The position numbers and the translations under genes were made by a program. Under the pieces are notes generated by a model. The model saw only the letters and a program-made list of their open reading frames with translations, had not been told where the DNA came from and made no database searches. Below, piece by piece: positions 37,933 through 51,675 of a DNA stretch of 64,000 bases. Positions within the stretch are counted from its first letter, which is position 1. Each line of letters opens with the position of its first letter. Source of the DNA: Raja brachyura (taxonomy: Eukaryota); contig OY740781.1 in NCBI GenBank assembly GCA_963514005.1, forward strand, positions 176,700,001-176,764,000. Reading direction: 5' to 3'.

Positions 37933-39849
37933 GCAGAGAAAAGGAAAACGGTTAATATTAGCTTAAATATTAGGAAAATATAAAGATAATGATCGGGACA
38001 CAATACTTGGTGTCTGGATTAACTAATAAGTTGCAGTAAATAAAAGTTACATCATTAAGAGGGTACTACATTACAAATTATTAGCTAAAAATGTAATTAG
38101 TTTGCACTGTAAAAATACAGCAATTGTACTCATAATTCAAATAGTGAAATGCCAATTTTACACTCAGCGGAGCAGCTCAAGTTGCTCCGCAACCTTTGGA
38201 TAATCGTATGTAACCACAAAGCCGCTCTGTACCTGAAGATGCTATACTGGTTACATACTGGCAAACACATTTTACTTCATCACTATTCAAACAGAATGGT
38301 CCAATTCACTCGAAATCAACCAGTTTACAGAATACACCAACATAGCCAAGTTGTCTAGCATGTACTCCAAAGTGGTGATGGCTTCACAGGTAAGCACGAT
38401 GAAACATTTACCAGAAAAGTGTTGGGATGTAGGTGAGGTAACAGAACTCAGAAAGGTGAGGCAGAGTAGTCCCATCATAGTTGAGCAGCTGAACTTCAGT
38501 CTGCAAGAAGTCGCAAATCTCTGTCACAGCTGTCTGACAAAACTCCTCTGTACATATTGTCTCTTGCTCCTCATCAAAGTTTGAGGTAAGATTTAGGATC
38601 TTCAGTGTCTCAGGAAGAAGAGGATCTGCGGACATAAATTTTCCTCGTTCACTTTGCTTCAGGTTCAGAGCCATGTCTCCACAACCAAGCTGGAACGCCA
38701 ATACTAGTCGCATACTCAGTGGGTTTAATCACAGAAGCGTCCACATTACATGATTTTATGTGGTGAAATGGCAGTGAGTCACAGTAAGCTCACTCTGATC
38801 ATTAGGAACAAGGTTCAGAATCACCAGTCAACTGTCAGAGTGCTCTGTGGAAGAATGGAGAAGTCGGTAAAATGAGTTGATACCTCTTTAAGTTAGTCTG
38901 CTGCAGAGAATATTGGAGCCTATTTGTGTATTGTGACCCAATTTCTTCAAACAAACAATGCAACGTATTGACACCATTACACACTTACCTAATATGGAAA
39001 ATAGGTCACTAGCATAAGTATGAATTCTGAGGGGAAATACTCCATTTAATTTCCAAAGTGACACGATTCAATCAGTAATCTATTCCATCACTTTCCACGC
39101 AGTGCTGAAGAAGCCAGTGCAGAGTGACAAAATATACAGACAACAGTGCCTCCGCGAGAAAGTTAATGTAATTGAAGAGTAACATCTTTGCCCATGCTAT
39201 TTTTATTATAATTATGTAAACTTACATTTAGAATACATTGACAAGGAGCGTGTGCAAATGTGAATATTCTACATATTAAATAGTAACAGTACAATTTCAC
39301 AGAATTGGGAGTTGTGATTTTCAGTTCCCTAAATTCCAATATTAACCAGGAATGGTACCATTTAATGGATGATTTTCCACAGCAAAACTCTAGCTGATGT
39401 TTAAAGGCCTGAATTAAAACTTACAAATTCAACCTTCACAATTTTTATCCCTGTTGTCCATTTTCTTTTTTCCTCCTTGTGTTTTTAGGAAGTTGAAAGA
39501 TAAATTTTCCATTGTAACCAATAAGATAATTTCCCAATGCCAAAGCACTGCACAGATGTGCAATCAAAAAGGGACAATATTGATCTGGTAGGAAAGCATG
39601 CAAGAAGTGAAATAACTTGTACAGAACTGGTGAAAGAGATAAAGGGAAAAAAAAGGGAGTGTGAAAATAGTTCCTTAAGAATATCAAAAGGAAACAAATT
39701 AAAAATATTTGGCAAAACAATAATCAGCGGCTGTGTGAACCCTTGAACATGGATAATGGTATAAATAAAAATGGGGGAACAGCAGACGTGTTAAGTAATT
39801 GTAAACAATAACCTGACTGATGAAGGCCAATGAGCCAAATTACTCCTTG

Positions 39850-40210
39850 ACCACTCGATCCACCTGTGACTCAATCTATATAGCACTCCCCTGGTGCCTT
39901 GTCATTCACTGTGAAGGTTTTGCCCTGGTTTGACTTCCCAAAATGCAACACCTCGCACTTATCTGCATTAAACTCATTTGACCTTTCCTCAGCTCACTTG
40001 CCCAACTGATCAAGATCCTGCTGCAATTTTTGATTAACATCAAACACAACTACAAACACAAATGGGTCCAGCACTGATCCCTGGGGCAGACCACTAGTCA
40101 CAGGCCTCCAATGTGAAAAATGAAGTTCCACCATCACCCTCTGCTTCCTTCCATGAACGCAATTCTCTATCCAGTTGCTTAGCTCTCCCTGGATTCCATG
40201 CCATCTAATA
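39850..40210 (-). mobile_element. CR1 RT fragment
   Basis: ggtccagcactgatccctggggcagaccactagtcacagg is the reverse complement of PVTSGLPQGSVLDP. Confidence 0.75.
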
Positions 40211-40852
40211 TCGACTCAGCAATTGCTTTATCTAAATAAAAATATGCTCATATGCCAGATTAGGCATAAAATTGTGACCTATCTAGTCTCATGTTTCTAA
40301 GGTAATGTTCCATCCAAGCCATTAGTCATCATTCGTAGAAGCAATAACTTCATCTAACGGCCTCTCCACAATTACCGTGCGTCAATCATTTTCCCCATCA
40401 TTGTTAGTTAACTCCACAAATGTTCAAATAGGTGACCCAAAATTCCTTAAGCCGTTTCAAAAAAATATCTGGCTTCAAATATTTTCATACGGAAATCCAG
40501 GTAAGTACACGTATTGCACTAAAATTCAGAAAAAATACTGAAAAGTTAATCTAGATATGAATAAAATAATTCAGGAAAATTTAAATCTACAGGGGCATCA
40601 TTTTGAATGCACTATTAAATCGATCTTGAGGTTGCTTTGATTGTGGCTAGATGTTACAATGCCTTAAAAGCTAGTATTATTCTAGAATTGCAAGTAACTT
40701 TCTAAAAAAACGAAAAATATGTATATCTGAACATTTTCTAAGTTTCTGATTATCTATATCACCTTGCATTGTTATGTAGTTTTAACAAGGTAAAGCATTC
40801 TGGCGCATTTGACAGAAATCCATGCCTTCGGTTTCTGCACATCACGCGGATG

Positions 40853-42005
40853 TCATAAGGTCATAAGTGATAGGAGCACAATTAGGCTATTTGGCCCATC
40901 AAGTCTCCTCCACCATTCAATTATGGCTGATCTCTCTCTCTCTCTCCTAACCCCATTCTCCTGTCTTCTCGACATAACACCTGACACCGGTACTAATCAC
41001 GAATCTATCTATTTCTACCTTAAAAATATCCATTGACTTGGCCCCCACAGCATTCTGTGGCAAATAATTCCACATATTCACCATCGTTTGACTAAAGAAA
41101 TTCCTCCTCATCTCCTGCTTAAAGGAACATCCTTTAATTCCGAGGCTATAACCTCTTGTCCTAGACTCTCCCACTGGTGGAAACATCCTCCCCACATCCA
41201 CTATATCCTAGCCTTTCACTATTCTGTACATTTCAATAAGGTCCCCCCTGCATCTAAACAGCGAGTACAGGCCCAGAACCGTCAAATGCTCATCATGGGT
41301 TAACCCACACATTCCTAGGATCATTCTAGTAAACCTCCTCTGGGCCCTCTCCAGGGCCAGTGCATCCTCCTCAGATACAGTGCCCAAAATGGCTCACAAT
41401 GCTCCAAATGCGGCCTGACCAGTAAGGCTTGACCAGAGCCTCAGCATTACATCCCTGTTTTTGTATTCTAGCCCTCTTGAAATTCGACTTGCAAATTAAC
41501 TTTTTGGGAATTCTGCACCAGCACTGCCAAGTCCCTTTGCACCTCCGATTTCTGGATTCTGTCCACATTTAAAAAATAGTCTACGCCTTAATTCCTACTA
41601 CGAAAATGCATGAGTCCACACTTTGCTATACTATATTCTATCTGCTACTTCTCTGCCCACTCTCCCAACCTGTCCAGGACTTTCTGCAGAGTCCTTGTTT
41701 TCTCCACACTACCTGCCCCTCCACCTCTTTTCATATAATTTGCAAACCTGGCCACAAAACCTTCAATCCCCTCATCCAAATGATTAATAGACAATGTGTA
41801 CAGCAGCACCCTCAGCACCGACCCCTGCGGAACTCCACTAGTCACTGGCAGCCAACCAGAAAAAAAACCCTTTATTGCCACTCTGCCTTCTGCCATCCAC
41901 TCAACCTGCTATCCATGCGAGTATATTTGATACCATATTCCTTAACAGCCTCACATGTGGCACCTTATAAAGGTTTCCAGAAAATCTAGGTAAACAACAT
42001 CCAGA
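40853..42005 (-). mobile_element. CR1 LINE 3' fragment with 3' UTR
   Basis: ORFs give WLPVTSGVPQGSVL and MRRNFFSQTMVNMWNYLP. Tail cataaggtcataag at ~40854. Confidence 0.88.
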
Positions 42006-42222
42006 GGCACATTACAAAGGATTAAAGAATGGTATTGCCCATTGAATGTGCTCTTCCTGACGTAGAATATTTTCTAGGTCAACTACATTTTGCATAAGTG
42101 GATAAGACTGCCATGGTGGACAAACAGATTTTTCTTTCTTCTTAACGTGGGTCAGAATTTTTTTCAGCCCCAGACACTGCCAACACCACTCCAATCAATT
42201 CTGAGGAACTGATTAACAGTCT

Positions 42223-43303
42223 GGGGTAGACAAAAATGCTGGAGAAACTCAGAGAGTGAAGCAACATCTATGGAGCGAAGAAATAGGCGACGTTTCGGGT
42301 CGAGACGCTTCTTCAGACTGATGTGGGGGGGGGGTTGCAAGAAAAAGAAAGGAAGAGGCGGAGACAGTAGGCTGTGGGAGAGCTGGGAAGGGGAGGGGAA
42401 GGAGGGAGAAAGCAAGGACTTCCTGAAATTGGAGAAGTCAATGTTCATACCGCTGGGGTGTAAACTACCCAAGCGAAATATAAGGTGCTGCTCCTCCAAT
42501 TTGCGGTGGGACTCACACTGGCCATGGAGGAGGCCCAGGACAGAAAGGTCGGATTTGGAATGGGAGGGGGAGTTGAAGTGCTGAGCCACCGGGAGATCAG
42601 GTTGGTTTTTGCAAACTGAGCGGAGGTGTTGGGCGAAGCGATCGCCAAGCCTGCGCTTGGTCTCACCGACGTAGAACAGTTGACACCTGGAACAACGGAT
42701 GTAATAGATGAGGTTGGATGAGGTGCAGATGAACCTCTGCCTCACCTGGAAAGACTGCTTGGGTCCTTGGATGGAGTCAAGGGGGGAGGTAAAGCGACAA
42801 GTGTAGCATTTCCTGTGGTTGCAAGGGAAAGTCCCAGGAGATGGGGTGGTTTGGGTGGGAAGAGACGAATTGACCAGGGAGTTACGGAGGGAGCGGTCTC
42901 TGAGGAAAGCCGAAAGGGGCGATGGGAAGTTGTGGCCAATGATGGGATCCCATTGGAGGTGGTGAAAATGTCGGAGGATTATATGTTGTATGTGACAGCT
43001 GGTAGGGTGGAAGGTGAGGACAAGGGGGACTTTGTTCTTGTTACGAGCGGGGGGGGGAATGGGGAGTGAGAGCAGAGCTACGGGATTTTGAGAAGACCCA
43101 GGTGAGATCCTCATCTATAGTCGAAGAGGGGAACCCCCGTTCCCTAAAGAATGAGGACATCTTCGATGCCCTGGTTTGGAACGTCTCATCCTGGGTGTAG
43201 ATGCGTCGTGAACGGAGGAATTGGGAGTAGGGGTTAGACCTTACAGGAAGCAGGGTGGGAAGAAGCGTAGTCCAGATAGCCATGGGAGTCAGTGGGTTTG
43301 TAA
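42223..43303 (-). mobile_element. Penelope-like retroelement 3' part (RT thumb, GIY-YIG endonuclease, pLTR)
   Basis: PYSQFLRSRRI and FFRERGFP; then SSNLIYYIRCSRCQLFYVGETKRRLGDRFAQH and EQHLIFRLGSLHPSGMN. pLTR at 42223-42320. Confidence 0.92.
42400..43114 (-). pseudogene. Penelope GIY-YIG endonuclease region (open frame, element 5'-truncated)
   Basis: Part of ORF 42164..43114, with an IY..YVGET motif and Cys/His linker. Frameshifted from the RT part; the frame runs on into the UTR. Confidence 0.8.
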
Positions 43304-44129
43304 AAGTTTGGAAATACTCAACCTCCACATAGGAAACATCTACTTCAATTCAACACTTCTTTGTGACAGTATAGTAATTTACCACGTGCCATCCTACTGC
43401 GTGAAGACTGACTCCTCCAGAAAGTGTAAACCAATTGCTTTTAAGCTTAAATTTAAAGATGCGAAACACAAATTGGTCCAGCTGAAACATTCATCCACGA
43501 AGTGGGAAAATGTCTAGTGCCATATGGACAAAATAATTCAGTGTTAACAGTAATAATTTCTATCAGCAGTTTTACAATAGAAGATCTAACATTGATACAA
43601 TGTTATTTAAATATATAGTAACCATTTTCTATTTGAGATATTATTTCTTTTAAAAATGCATTTTTAAAGCCATTTGAAATAAAGCTTTTTGTAACTTCCT
43701 TATACGCATGTTTGTCAGAGATGCAACAGATAGTCTCTTGCTATAGATGCTCTTCTTAAAAACATACTAGCAGTTAACCTCAAGGAAATGCAACAACGTG
43801 TCAATAGATACTCTTCAAAATTGGATATTCCAACTTTTTGAGTGCGGATATGCGAAGTAGAATGCTCATTAAAATTAAAAATTAGCATTAAGACAAAGAC
43901 TATCATTGGACCACATAAATAGCATGTAGAAACCGATGAGCATTATATTCCATTCCAGCATAAAACTCCATTAATCCAAAATACTCGGACTTTTAGTGAA
44001 TCCAAACCAACAGATTTTCCTGTTAATTTAATGTTATTCCAAAGAATATTCCAATGCACATTTAAGATTCTACTCTGTATCACTTTAAAAAAGGCAATTG
44101 ATTGAAAGGATTCAACAAAAAATGCGGGT

Positions 44130-44560
44130 ACAAAGGGCTCTGATGAGTCGAAAGCGAGTGCAGGAAACATGGCTCCATTGGGTCGAAAGGTAGTACAGGA
44201 AACCACACACCACTATAAGAAAGGAAGTGCAAGTATGAAAGCGAGTGCAGTGCATGAACCAGAGCCTGATGTGTGATGGGAAATTCAAGAACCAGAATCT
44301 GATGTGTGATAGGGAGTGCAGGAACCAGAGTCGGAAGCGTAATAGGATGTGCAGGAATTGGCCCCCCGATGTGTGATAGGAAGTGCAGGAATTAGGCCCG
44401 GATGTGTGATGGGAAGTACAGGAACTGGGCCCCCGGACATGTAAAGAGAAGCACGGGAACTGGGACACCAGTGTGTGAAAGTGACCAAAGGACCAGGGCC
44501 CTAGCATTCGGAAGCAAGAACAGGAACCGTGGCCCGGGTGCATGTATGTGAGCATCCGGT
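44130..44560. repeat. Degenerate ~33-bp minisatellite (roughly a dozen units)
   Basis: Consensus approximately gtgcaggaaccagagcctgatgtgtgatgggaa; units are 33-35 bp. Confidence 0.85.
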
Positions 44561-45429
44561 GAGCATGATGCCAAACCATCAGGATATCTGAACAGATTGA
44601 CTGCAGATTACAGTGTTGTCTTTTAGACAAGGCAGTTGCTATAATTTGAAAAATCAAAAACTGTATTGACTAGAAATCTAAAATAAAAACATACAGCTGG
44701 AAATAATTCATAGACCAGGTAGTATTTACAGAGAGAGAAATAAAGTTTATGTGACTGGTCAACAACCCTTCATCTATATTTATTTTATTCTTCACTATTA
44801 TGGTTTCAATTTTTACTTTAACTGCTACTTTCTATTAATTCAATGATCAACATGGTTACTTGAAAACAACTGCATTAAAGCGTATAATATCTAAACTGCA
44901 AATAAATTCCAAAGTATGGTGAATTTAAAAAAAATGTTAACCAGTGAAAATATTAAATCTCATCTATTTTAGATAAGACCTAATAATTTAAATTATTTTA
45001 CAGAATTAACTTTATTGAGTGCATTTAAGGATTATTGAAAGTGATATCTTGCGATAAATCTGCCAGTTACTCCACTGATCTTTAATTGCTACTTTAGGAT
45101 TTTTATTTTGCTATGAAGTTTGTTTTACGTTTGTAGGATGTGCAATTAGAAAAGGTCCATTTATAATGACTAACAACATAAATGATTAGAAATTGGATCC
45201 ATTAACACCCATTTTTTATGGACAACTAATGCATAAAGGCATTTATTTGCACTAGTGCAAGGAATAGTGCCAAAAATATTTTTAAAATCCACCTGCAAAA
45301 TGAGCCCAGACCCTTTTAAATGCCACTCATTTGCATAGAAAATGATTTCCAGTCATGATTTGTGAATGTAAGAATATTGTCGTGTATGCATTCCTTTTAT
45401 TGTTTTAACATTATAAATTAGGCTTTAGT

Positions 45430-45890
45430 GGCAGACACCAGCATCATGCCAGAAAGTCAGAGGGCAGAAGTGAGTGTAGTTGCTATCACTTTGGAGGTGG
45501 TGGTGAGAAAGCTGAAAGGTCTGAAGGTGGATAAGTCACTTGGACCAGATGGATTGCTAGGGTTCTGAAAGAGGTCGATGTAAAGACGGTGGTGTGATTA
45601 GTAGTAACCTTTCAAAAATCACTAGAGTCGGGAATGGTTCCACAGGACTGGAAAATCGCAAAATGTAATTCCACTGTTTAAGAAGGGAGCGAGGCAAAAG
45701 AAAGGAAATTATAAACTGGTTAGCATAACTTCAGTGGTTGGTATGATTAAGGATGGACCATTTAGGCGCTTGACAAGTAAGGGTGTCAAAGGTTACAGGG
45801 AGAAAACAGGAGAATGAGGTCAAGGAAAAAACAGATCAGCCAGGATCGAATGGCCTAATTCTGCTCCCATGTGTTATGAACCTATTATGA
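45430..45890 (+). mobile_element. CR1 fragment (internal piece joined to 3' UTR)
   Basis: KLKGLKVDKS.GPDGL and GMVPQDWKIA followed directly by the CR1 tail gaatggcctaattctgctcc. Confidence 0.75.
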
Positions 45891-46149
45891 ACCTTTTGGA
45901 TGCAACCTACCACTTGAAATTCCCTCATAGTATAACTATCGGGGGTATATCGCTTAACTTTTGTGATTTAAAAGTGCACTGCTGATAATATCTAAACATC
46001 TTATTGGCTACTTTCAAAATAAGATTTGGTGAAGAAAATACAATTCTTCAATTCAGTGACTGCCAAAATCCAAAGAGTGACTTCTGATGCATTTAACAGC
46101 TGAAATACTCACACCAATGGTTGCAACCCCCTTTTGGTTGAATTGATAC

Positions 46150-46560
46150 ACTGGCCGAGCAGTTGTCTGTTCTGTTCTTGTACTAGCACTGCTCTCTCCA
46201 TGGCAGATGGGAGATCAACTTAACTGTTATCAGAGGATCATTCTATAGATCTTTGCCCCATCTTCGAGTTTTCTGCTCAATGACGCATGTGTCGCAAGGC
46301 ACTTTACTGACAGAGAAATTACTTGATCTACTTTGACTTCAGAATCAATGAGATAACTTCTCACAACAGAATTGCACTCCTGTGTCCATAGGAGCTCTGT
46401 TCAACAAACCTGACCTTTGTATTAACAGAAAAGGCTTCCACTCTGTGAATGTACAGGTTACGATGCATATTCAGAAGCAGTACCTCATTGCTGATGTAAT
46501 GCATCCTGCCAACACCAATGGTGCATTAATCCTCAGGAAGAGAGAGATGTCAGACATGTA
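46150..46560 (+). mobile_element. PIF/Harbinger transposase relic
   Basis: ORF 46382..46609 contains INRKGFHSVNVQ, preceded by a decayed (D)CT.V.I. This is the HARBI1-type NRKGxHSxNVQ motif. Confidence 0.7.
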
Positions 46561-47259
46561 CCAGTGCAGTTACAGTACATGGCTCCAGTACAGTACATGG
46601 CTCCAGTAGATGGTATGGAAAATTACCCAGCTATGTCCTATTCACAAATAACGGGACGTGCAAACATTCTAATCATCAAGGAACTCCGTTATAGAGGCAC
46701 TTCATGTAACCACTCTGCAAAGACTGGTTCCTATTTTGGTGACTCACCACACCAAAACATTCTCCAATAATGTACTTTTCTAACATATATAGCGTGAATA
46801 TTCACCTCCCCTATCTTCCATTGCCAATGCATAGACATAAATCTGTACACATCAATTCAGGGATGTGTGGTTACACTTATTGTATTGGTTTGCTATAGGA
46901 TCTGTGGACCGTTTGAAACACATGATGTCCAGATGCCTCTGTTTTACTCTCCACAGGTCCAATTCTTGTTTTCATCATTTAAACCCTTTGTACTACTGAC
47001 ATTTTTGTCTTGGAAGAACCAGAATTGCCACAGAAACAGAATATTGCACGTAATCTAACAGCCATTCAAAGTTTCTGGAGATGTTCAGAGGAGTTAACAT
47101 TTTTGCAATTCAAGTCACACCTCAGGCATCAGTGAAAAAATGTTATGAGATTCCATTTGGGGACGATCTAAATCCATTTCGCAAATGGAGTATTTGATGG
47201 AGAGACGGAGGCAAATTGGACGATGAACATATGTGCATACAATTGCTGGCAGAAATTTT

Positions 47260-48400
47260 GCTGGGAGGTATGTGAGAAGTAGTTAAACAATCTTGGGATT
47301 AGGACATTACCCTGAGGAACCTCTCTCGAAATGTCTTAAGGCAGATTTGATCAACCATCTAAGACCACATCCATCTTCCTTTGTGCAAAGCACAACTCCA
47401 ACCACAAGAATGTTTTCACTTTTATTTCCTATGATCTATAAAGGATTCTTGAAGCCATATTCAGTTGTGTCTTGGGCAGTTATTCTCACTTCTATACTAG
47501 AAATTTGTTCTTTGGACCAAGGATATAATAAAATCTGAAGCAAATTGATTCAGGCATAACCTAGCAGAGCTTCACTGAGCAGACGATAGACAAGACCTTC
47601 CAACATTTTGTCATTTATATTGTAATTAGGGTAATAGGATGGTTATTAGCCAGATTGTATTTGTCTTGTTTTTAATGGACTAGATATTCCCGCAAAATGT
47701 ATATTCTCTCACAAAACACTGGTGTAGTCATTTTATTAGAATGGTATGCTCAAGCGTAGCTAATCTGAAATGCACCATAGCCTGACATACGCCATAACTT
47801 TTCTACATCCAATTACCTTAATCGTTTTTTAATATTATGTAAAATAAGTCAAATTGGTTGAAAGCCAATAATGGTGGGGATCTGTGTGTAGAGCTAAGAT
47901 GGATCGATACATCTGGTTGAAAATGTCTGACTTGTCCTTGGTACACCGATGATGTGCACTACAAGAGCGAGATTGATCCACCCCCAATAATCAGTAATTG
48001 CTGATTACTGTGCCCATTTGATTGTAGGATCACTTCGTTTTGCATGTGCATGCTGTTTCCCATGCTCCTTGTTGTGCTGCAGTTTTGCCAGGTTAGTACC
48101 TCATTTTCAAATATGTTCCTAACACACAACTCTATCTAGTTTTGAACTGCCAGATATTTCCCAAATCTATGCCATTTAACATGATGGTAGTGCCACACAA
48201 CCTGGATAGGGAGGATGTTCTCAGTGGGAAGATGTCAGTGCAACAACTGACATTTTGTTTTCTTAGGTGTATCTTAAAGCATATCACATGCAGAAAGAAG
48301 ACAACTTTTCATTTTCTTTCTGCACCATTTCATTTTACCTGGAGGATATTTACCTGAAAGTGCCTTCATCAGAAGGAAGACATTCATCAATTCAGCAGCA
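47260..48400 (-). mobile_element. Ancient LINE relic (same family as 1-560)
   Basis: ttgggattaggacattaccctgaggaac is the reverse complement of VPQGNVLIP. ggttattagccagattgtatttgtcttgttttt resembles 420-455. Confidence 0.5.
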
Positions 48401-49749
48401 AGTTCATCAATATCTTTGCAGTTCTTGCAGATTGGCATTAATCACTGGTTTTACCTATGCCTGCTATGTCCCTTTAATAGATAAGACTTGCAGAATATCT
48501 GATTATGCGGAAAATCCTATCTACCTAAAACATTATAACTGCAGGTCCATTCACGCATTATTCTTCCAATAATGTCACAGCAATTGCATTAATAATTTTC
48601 AGAGAAAAACAATCAAGGGCACAGAGCAACAATGAGGGATTATTTGAGTTGCTGTACCACTGAGTTAAGAAAAGGCATGATGGATTAACTATCATCTAAA
48701 ATCAATTACAGGCCAAAAAACATTTTGTTATTTTATACTATTGTAACAAACATTTTGTTTATTATTGACAATTCAGAGGTACATTTGTTTTAAAAGCTGA
48801 AAGCAATAGAAATGAAGAATAATTTTCATTTCATCAGCCATCAGCAAAAGGACAAGGGAAGAAATAGATTGTGTTTTGATTCTATAATACATATAAATAA
48901 TTGGACATCTTGCATCTAGGCAAAATAAGTATATTCAGCTAAAGATATCATCCTACTTACTGCAGGCCACAAGAACCTTCTCCCACCAGTTTTCATCTCA
49001 TCCATCAACTTATTTTTGTATTCAATTCTACCTCAGGCAAGTGCTGCTCGCCTCCACCACTTCACATGATTGCTAGTTCCATATTCTCTTTGTTATCTGA
49101 GGAATTTAAGTTTCTATTGAATGAATTATTAAGTTGAAGAATGACTTTTCTAAAAATATTCACAGTTGTAGTTTTGGACTCACACGCAAGTGAAACTGTC
49201 TTTATTTTCATCCTTAGAATCACTTTATGATTTTAAATATCTCAGTAGAAAAGAGACTCAACTGCCTCAGGATCAAAATAATCATGAGCACAAAGCATTG
49301 ATGAAACTTCACAATGAAATATCTCCTTACCTTGCATAGCAGGGTTTTATAAGACACACATGGTCAAGCAACTTCCGTAAATTAGTCATTTCGAGCTGTA
49401 CAGAAATGATTTTGAACAACACAAGAATAACCTTTCTTACAGACTGACCTCCATGTGAAGAATTCCTCTTTGAATGAGAATACTATCCACTCCAGACCCA
49501 TGCCAGAAAGCGTCTTAACATAGTAGATATAATAAATACAGAATACTCTTTTGAGATCTTGAGATTTTGCAGACTTCAAAAAATATCTTTAAAATGTCCC
49601 AGCTACAATTATTAAAGTAACTTCAATAGCAGATATTTAACGTATAAAATGTATATTATTAAATGGATTTCTTGTTTTTTTCTTGAGCTTCTAACAGTGC
49701 TTTCCCCTGGTTATTACAAACTCAAAATCAATGGGAACCATGCGGAAAA

Positions 49750-50640
49750 AATGGAAGATGTTGGAAATGCTCAGCACATCAAACAGTGTATTTGCAGAGC
49801 AAATAATAGTTGGTAGTTCAGGTTAATGAACTTTATCAGAATTGAGAAAAGTTAGAAATAAAACATACTTTCAAAGGAAAGGAAGACAGGACAGAAGACA
49901 AAAGCGAAGCCGTTAATAGGGTGAAAGCCAGAAGAGATTGAATGATGTGTCATGGTGGCATCAATTGCAAAACTACGTAACAAACAAAGGTGTCATGACT
50001 AGGTAGTAATCAAAGGTATACCTCAGTGAGACATGAATGAATTGAGTAGAGATATCTATACTTACCAGGAGAAACAAACTGTGCTGGAATTGAGATGTGT
50101 GGTGTGAATGGCTAATGATTTGACACTGCTGAATCTGAAGTCCATTACTTGCCAGCTGGATGAGGTGCTATTCCTCAGGATTAATCTTTGTCGAAACAGT
50201 GAAGGAGGCCAGAGACAGATAGATCAGGGCAGGGAGAAACCAATAAAGTGACCTTAAACCACAAGCTCCAGGTTATTCATGTGGGGTGGGGGCTGGGTGA
50301 GCAGAGGTGTGCTATTTTGGGGATTAACAATGTTGAAGTAAATTAGAGTGGGTAGATTGGACGAAATTAGATGTAGAAGCAAATCACTGATTCACCTGGA
50401 AAATGGGTTTAGGCGCCTAAATATACGGCGGGAGGAAATAAAAGTGCATGTGCTGCAACTTCTGCAATTGCATGAAACAATGTCATGATAAGAGGAGAGG
50501 GTTTGGGTGGAGATGCAAGGGTGAAACAGTGCCTTCAGGAATGAATCCTGGGAGGGGAAGAAAGATGTGAAAAGGGAAGATGGACTTGCAATGAGATAAC
50601 AACTGTTAGACGCACGCATGCAGAACATGGAAGAAGAAAA
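49750..50640 (-). mobile_element. Old Penelope relic
   Basis: Decayed pLTR at ~49750-49840. ORF 50392..50739 has CNCRSCSTCTFISS, and gattcacctggaaa matches the FQV motif of the other copies. Confidence 0.6.
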
Positions 50641-51675
50641 CATGTAGCTAGCTGCTGGACAAAGCTTACATAAACTAGTAATCTTGTGGGGAAATCCATT
50701 CACTGAAATATCCAAAAACTGCAGAATTGAGTTATTCAACAGTATTTTGAATGAAATAGCAGTGTGCTCATCAACTAAAAATACTGATTTTTTTTGTGAA
50801 TTTCTTCATGTTAAATTATAGATAAATATCTCATCTAATGTGCAACCAGTTATTTTTACATGGAGAAAATATCCATTTGCCAGATCTGGTAGGAATGTTG
50901 TACATCATTGTACTTTACTAAGATTTCAAGAAAGGAGAGTATTTATCACAAATTTTTACAAGTCATGTATTTTCTTCTTAACAGTAAAGTCGTGACCTAA
51001 TATTAAACTTCTGTTCTGTGTCATATCAAAAAACAAATTTAAACAAGAACCCATAGTGATCGATTATTTCAGGAAGTTTTTCAAAACATTTGCTCTTCTG
51101 TTTCATTTCAATCTGTCTAAGTTTTAATATTGGCAGCACAAACTATGCATACCATCTGGCAGTTGGTGTTAGTTTTGAAATTTATATCCTGTTCTTTCTT
51201 TCCAAACAGCAAATGTTCTAAAAAGATTTCACACCTTATACAAAATAGTATATTTAACAATTAAAGATAGCAGAGTCAGGGGATCTGGTGAGAAGGCAGG
51301 AACGGGTACTGGATGTGGATGATCAGCCATGATCATAGTGAATGTCGGTGCTGGCTCGAGGGGCCTAATGGCCTACTCCTGCACCTATTGTCTATAGCTT
51401 ATAGTTTACCTGAGCATGTTTATCAGCAGTATCCAATTTTCCTGCCCCCTCACAAAATAGTAATGACTCCGATTTTTGGTGGAAAGACTAGTTTCAAAAG
51501 AAATGTCCAGTATTTTCCCACACAAGTGGAACAGAGTCCAGTGTTCTGCGGATGTGTACATTAACACTAACGTCCTGAACTTGCTGGTTGCTGTTTCCAA
51601 CTGCAATCTGACTTTGAACTGAAGACGACCAGCAGCAAAGTTGCAGCACTTAATGGGCAACATTAATGCTGGGGA

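Noticed and set aside
43715-43906. ISNFEEYLL resembling the LRBA/BEACH motif EISNFEYLM
   Set aside because: The flanking residues do not match BEACH (no QRW before, no NTIAGR after); likely chance.
44130-44560. CRISPR-like periodicity of ~33 bp
   Set aside because: The units are contiguous degenerate tandem copies without unique spacers; no cas genes; vertebrate context.
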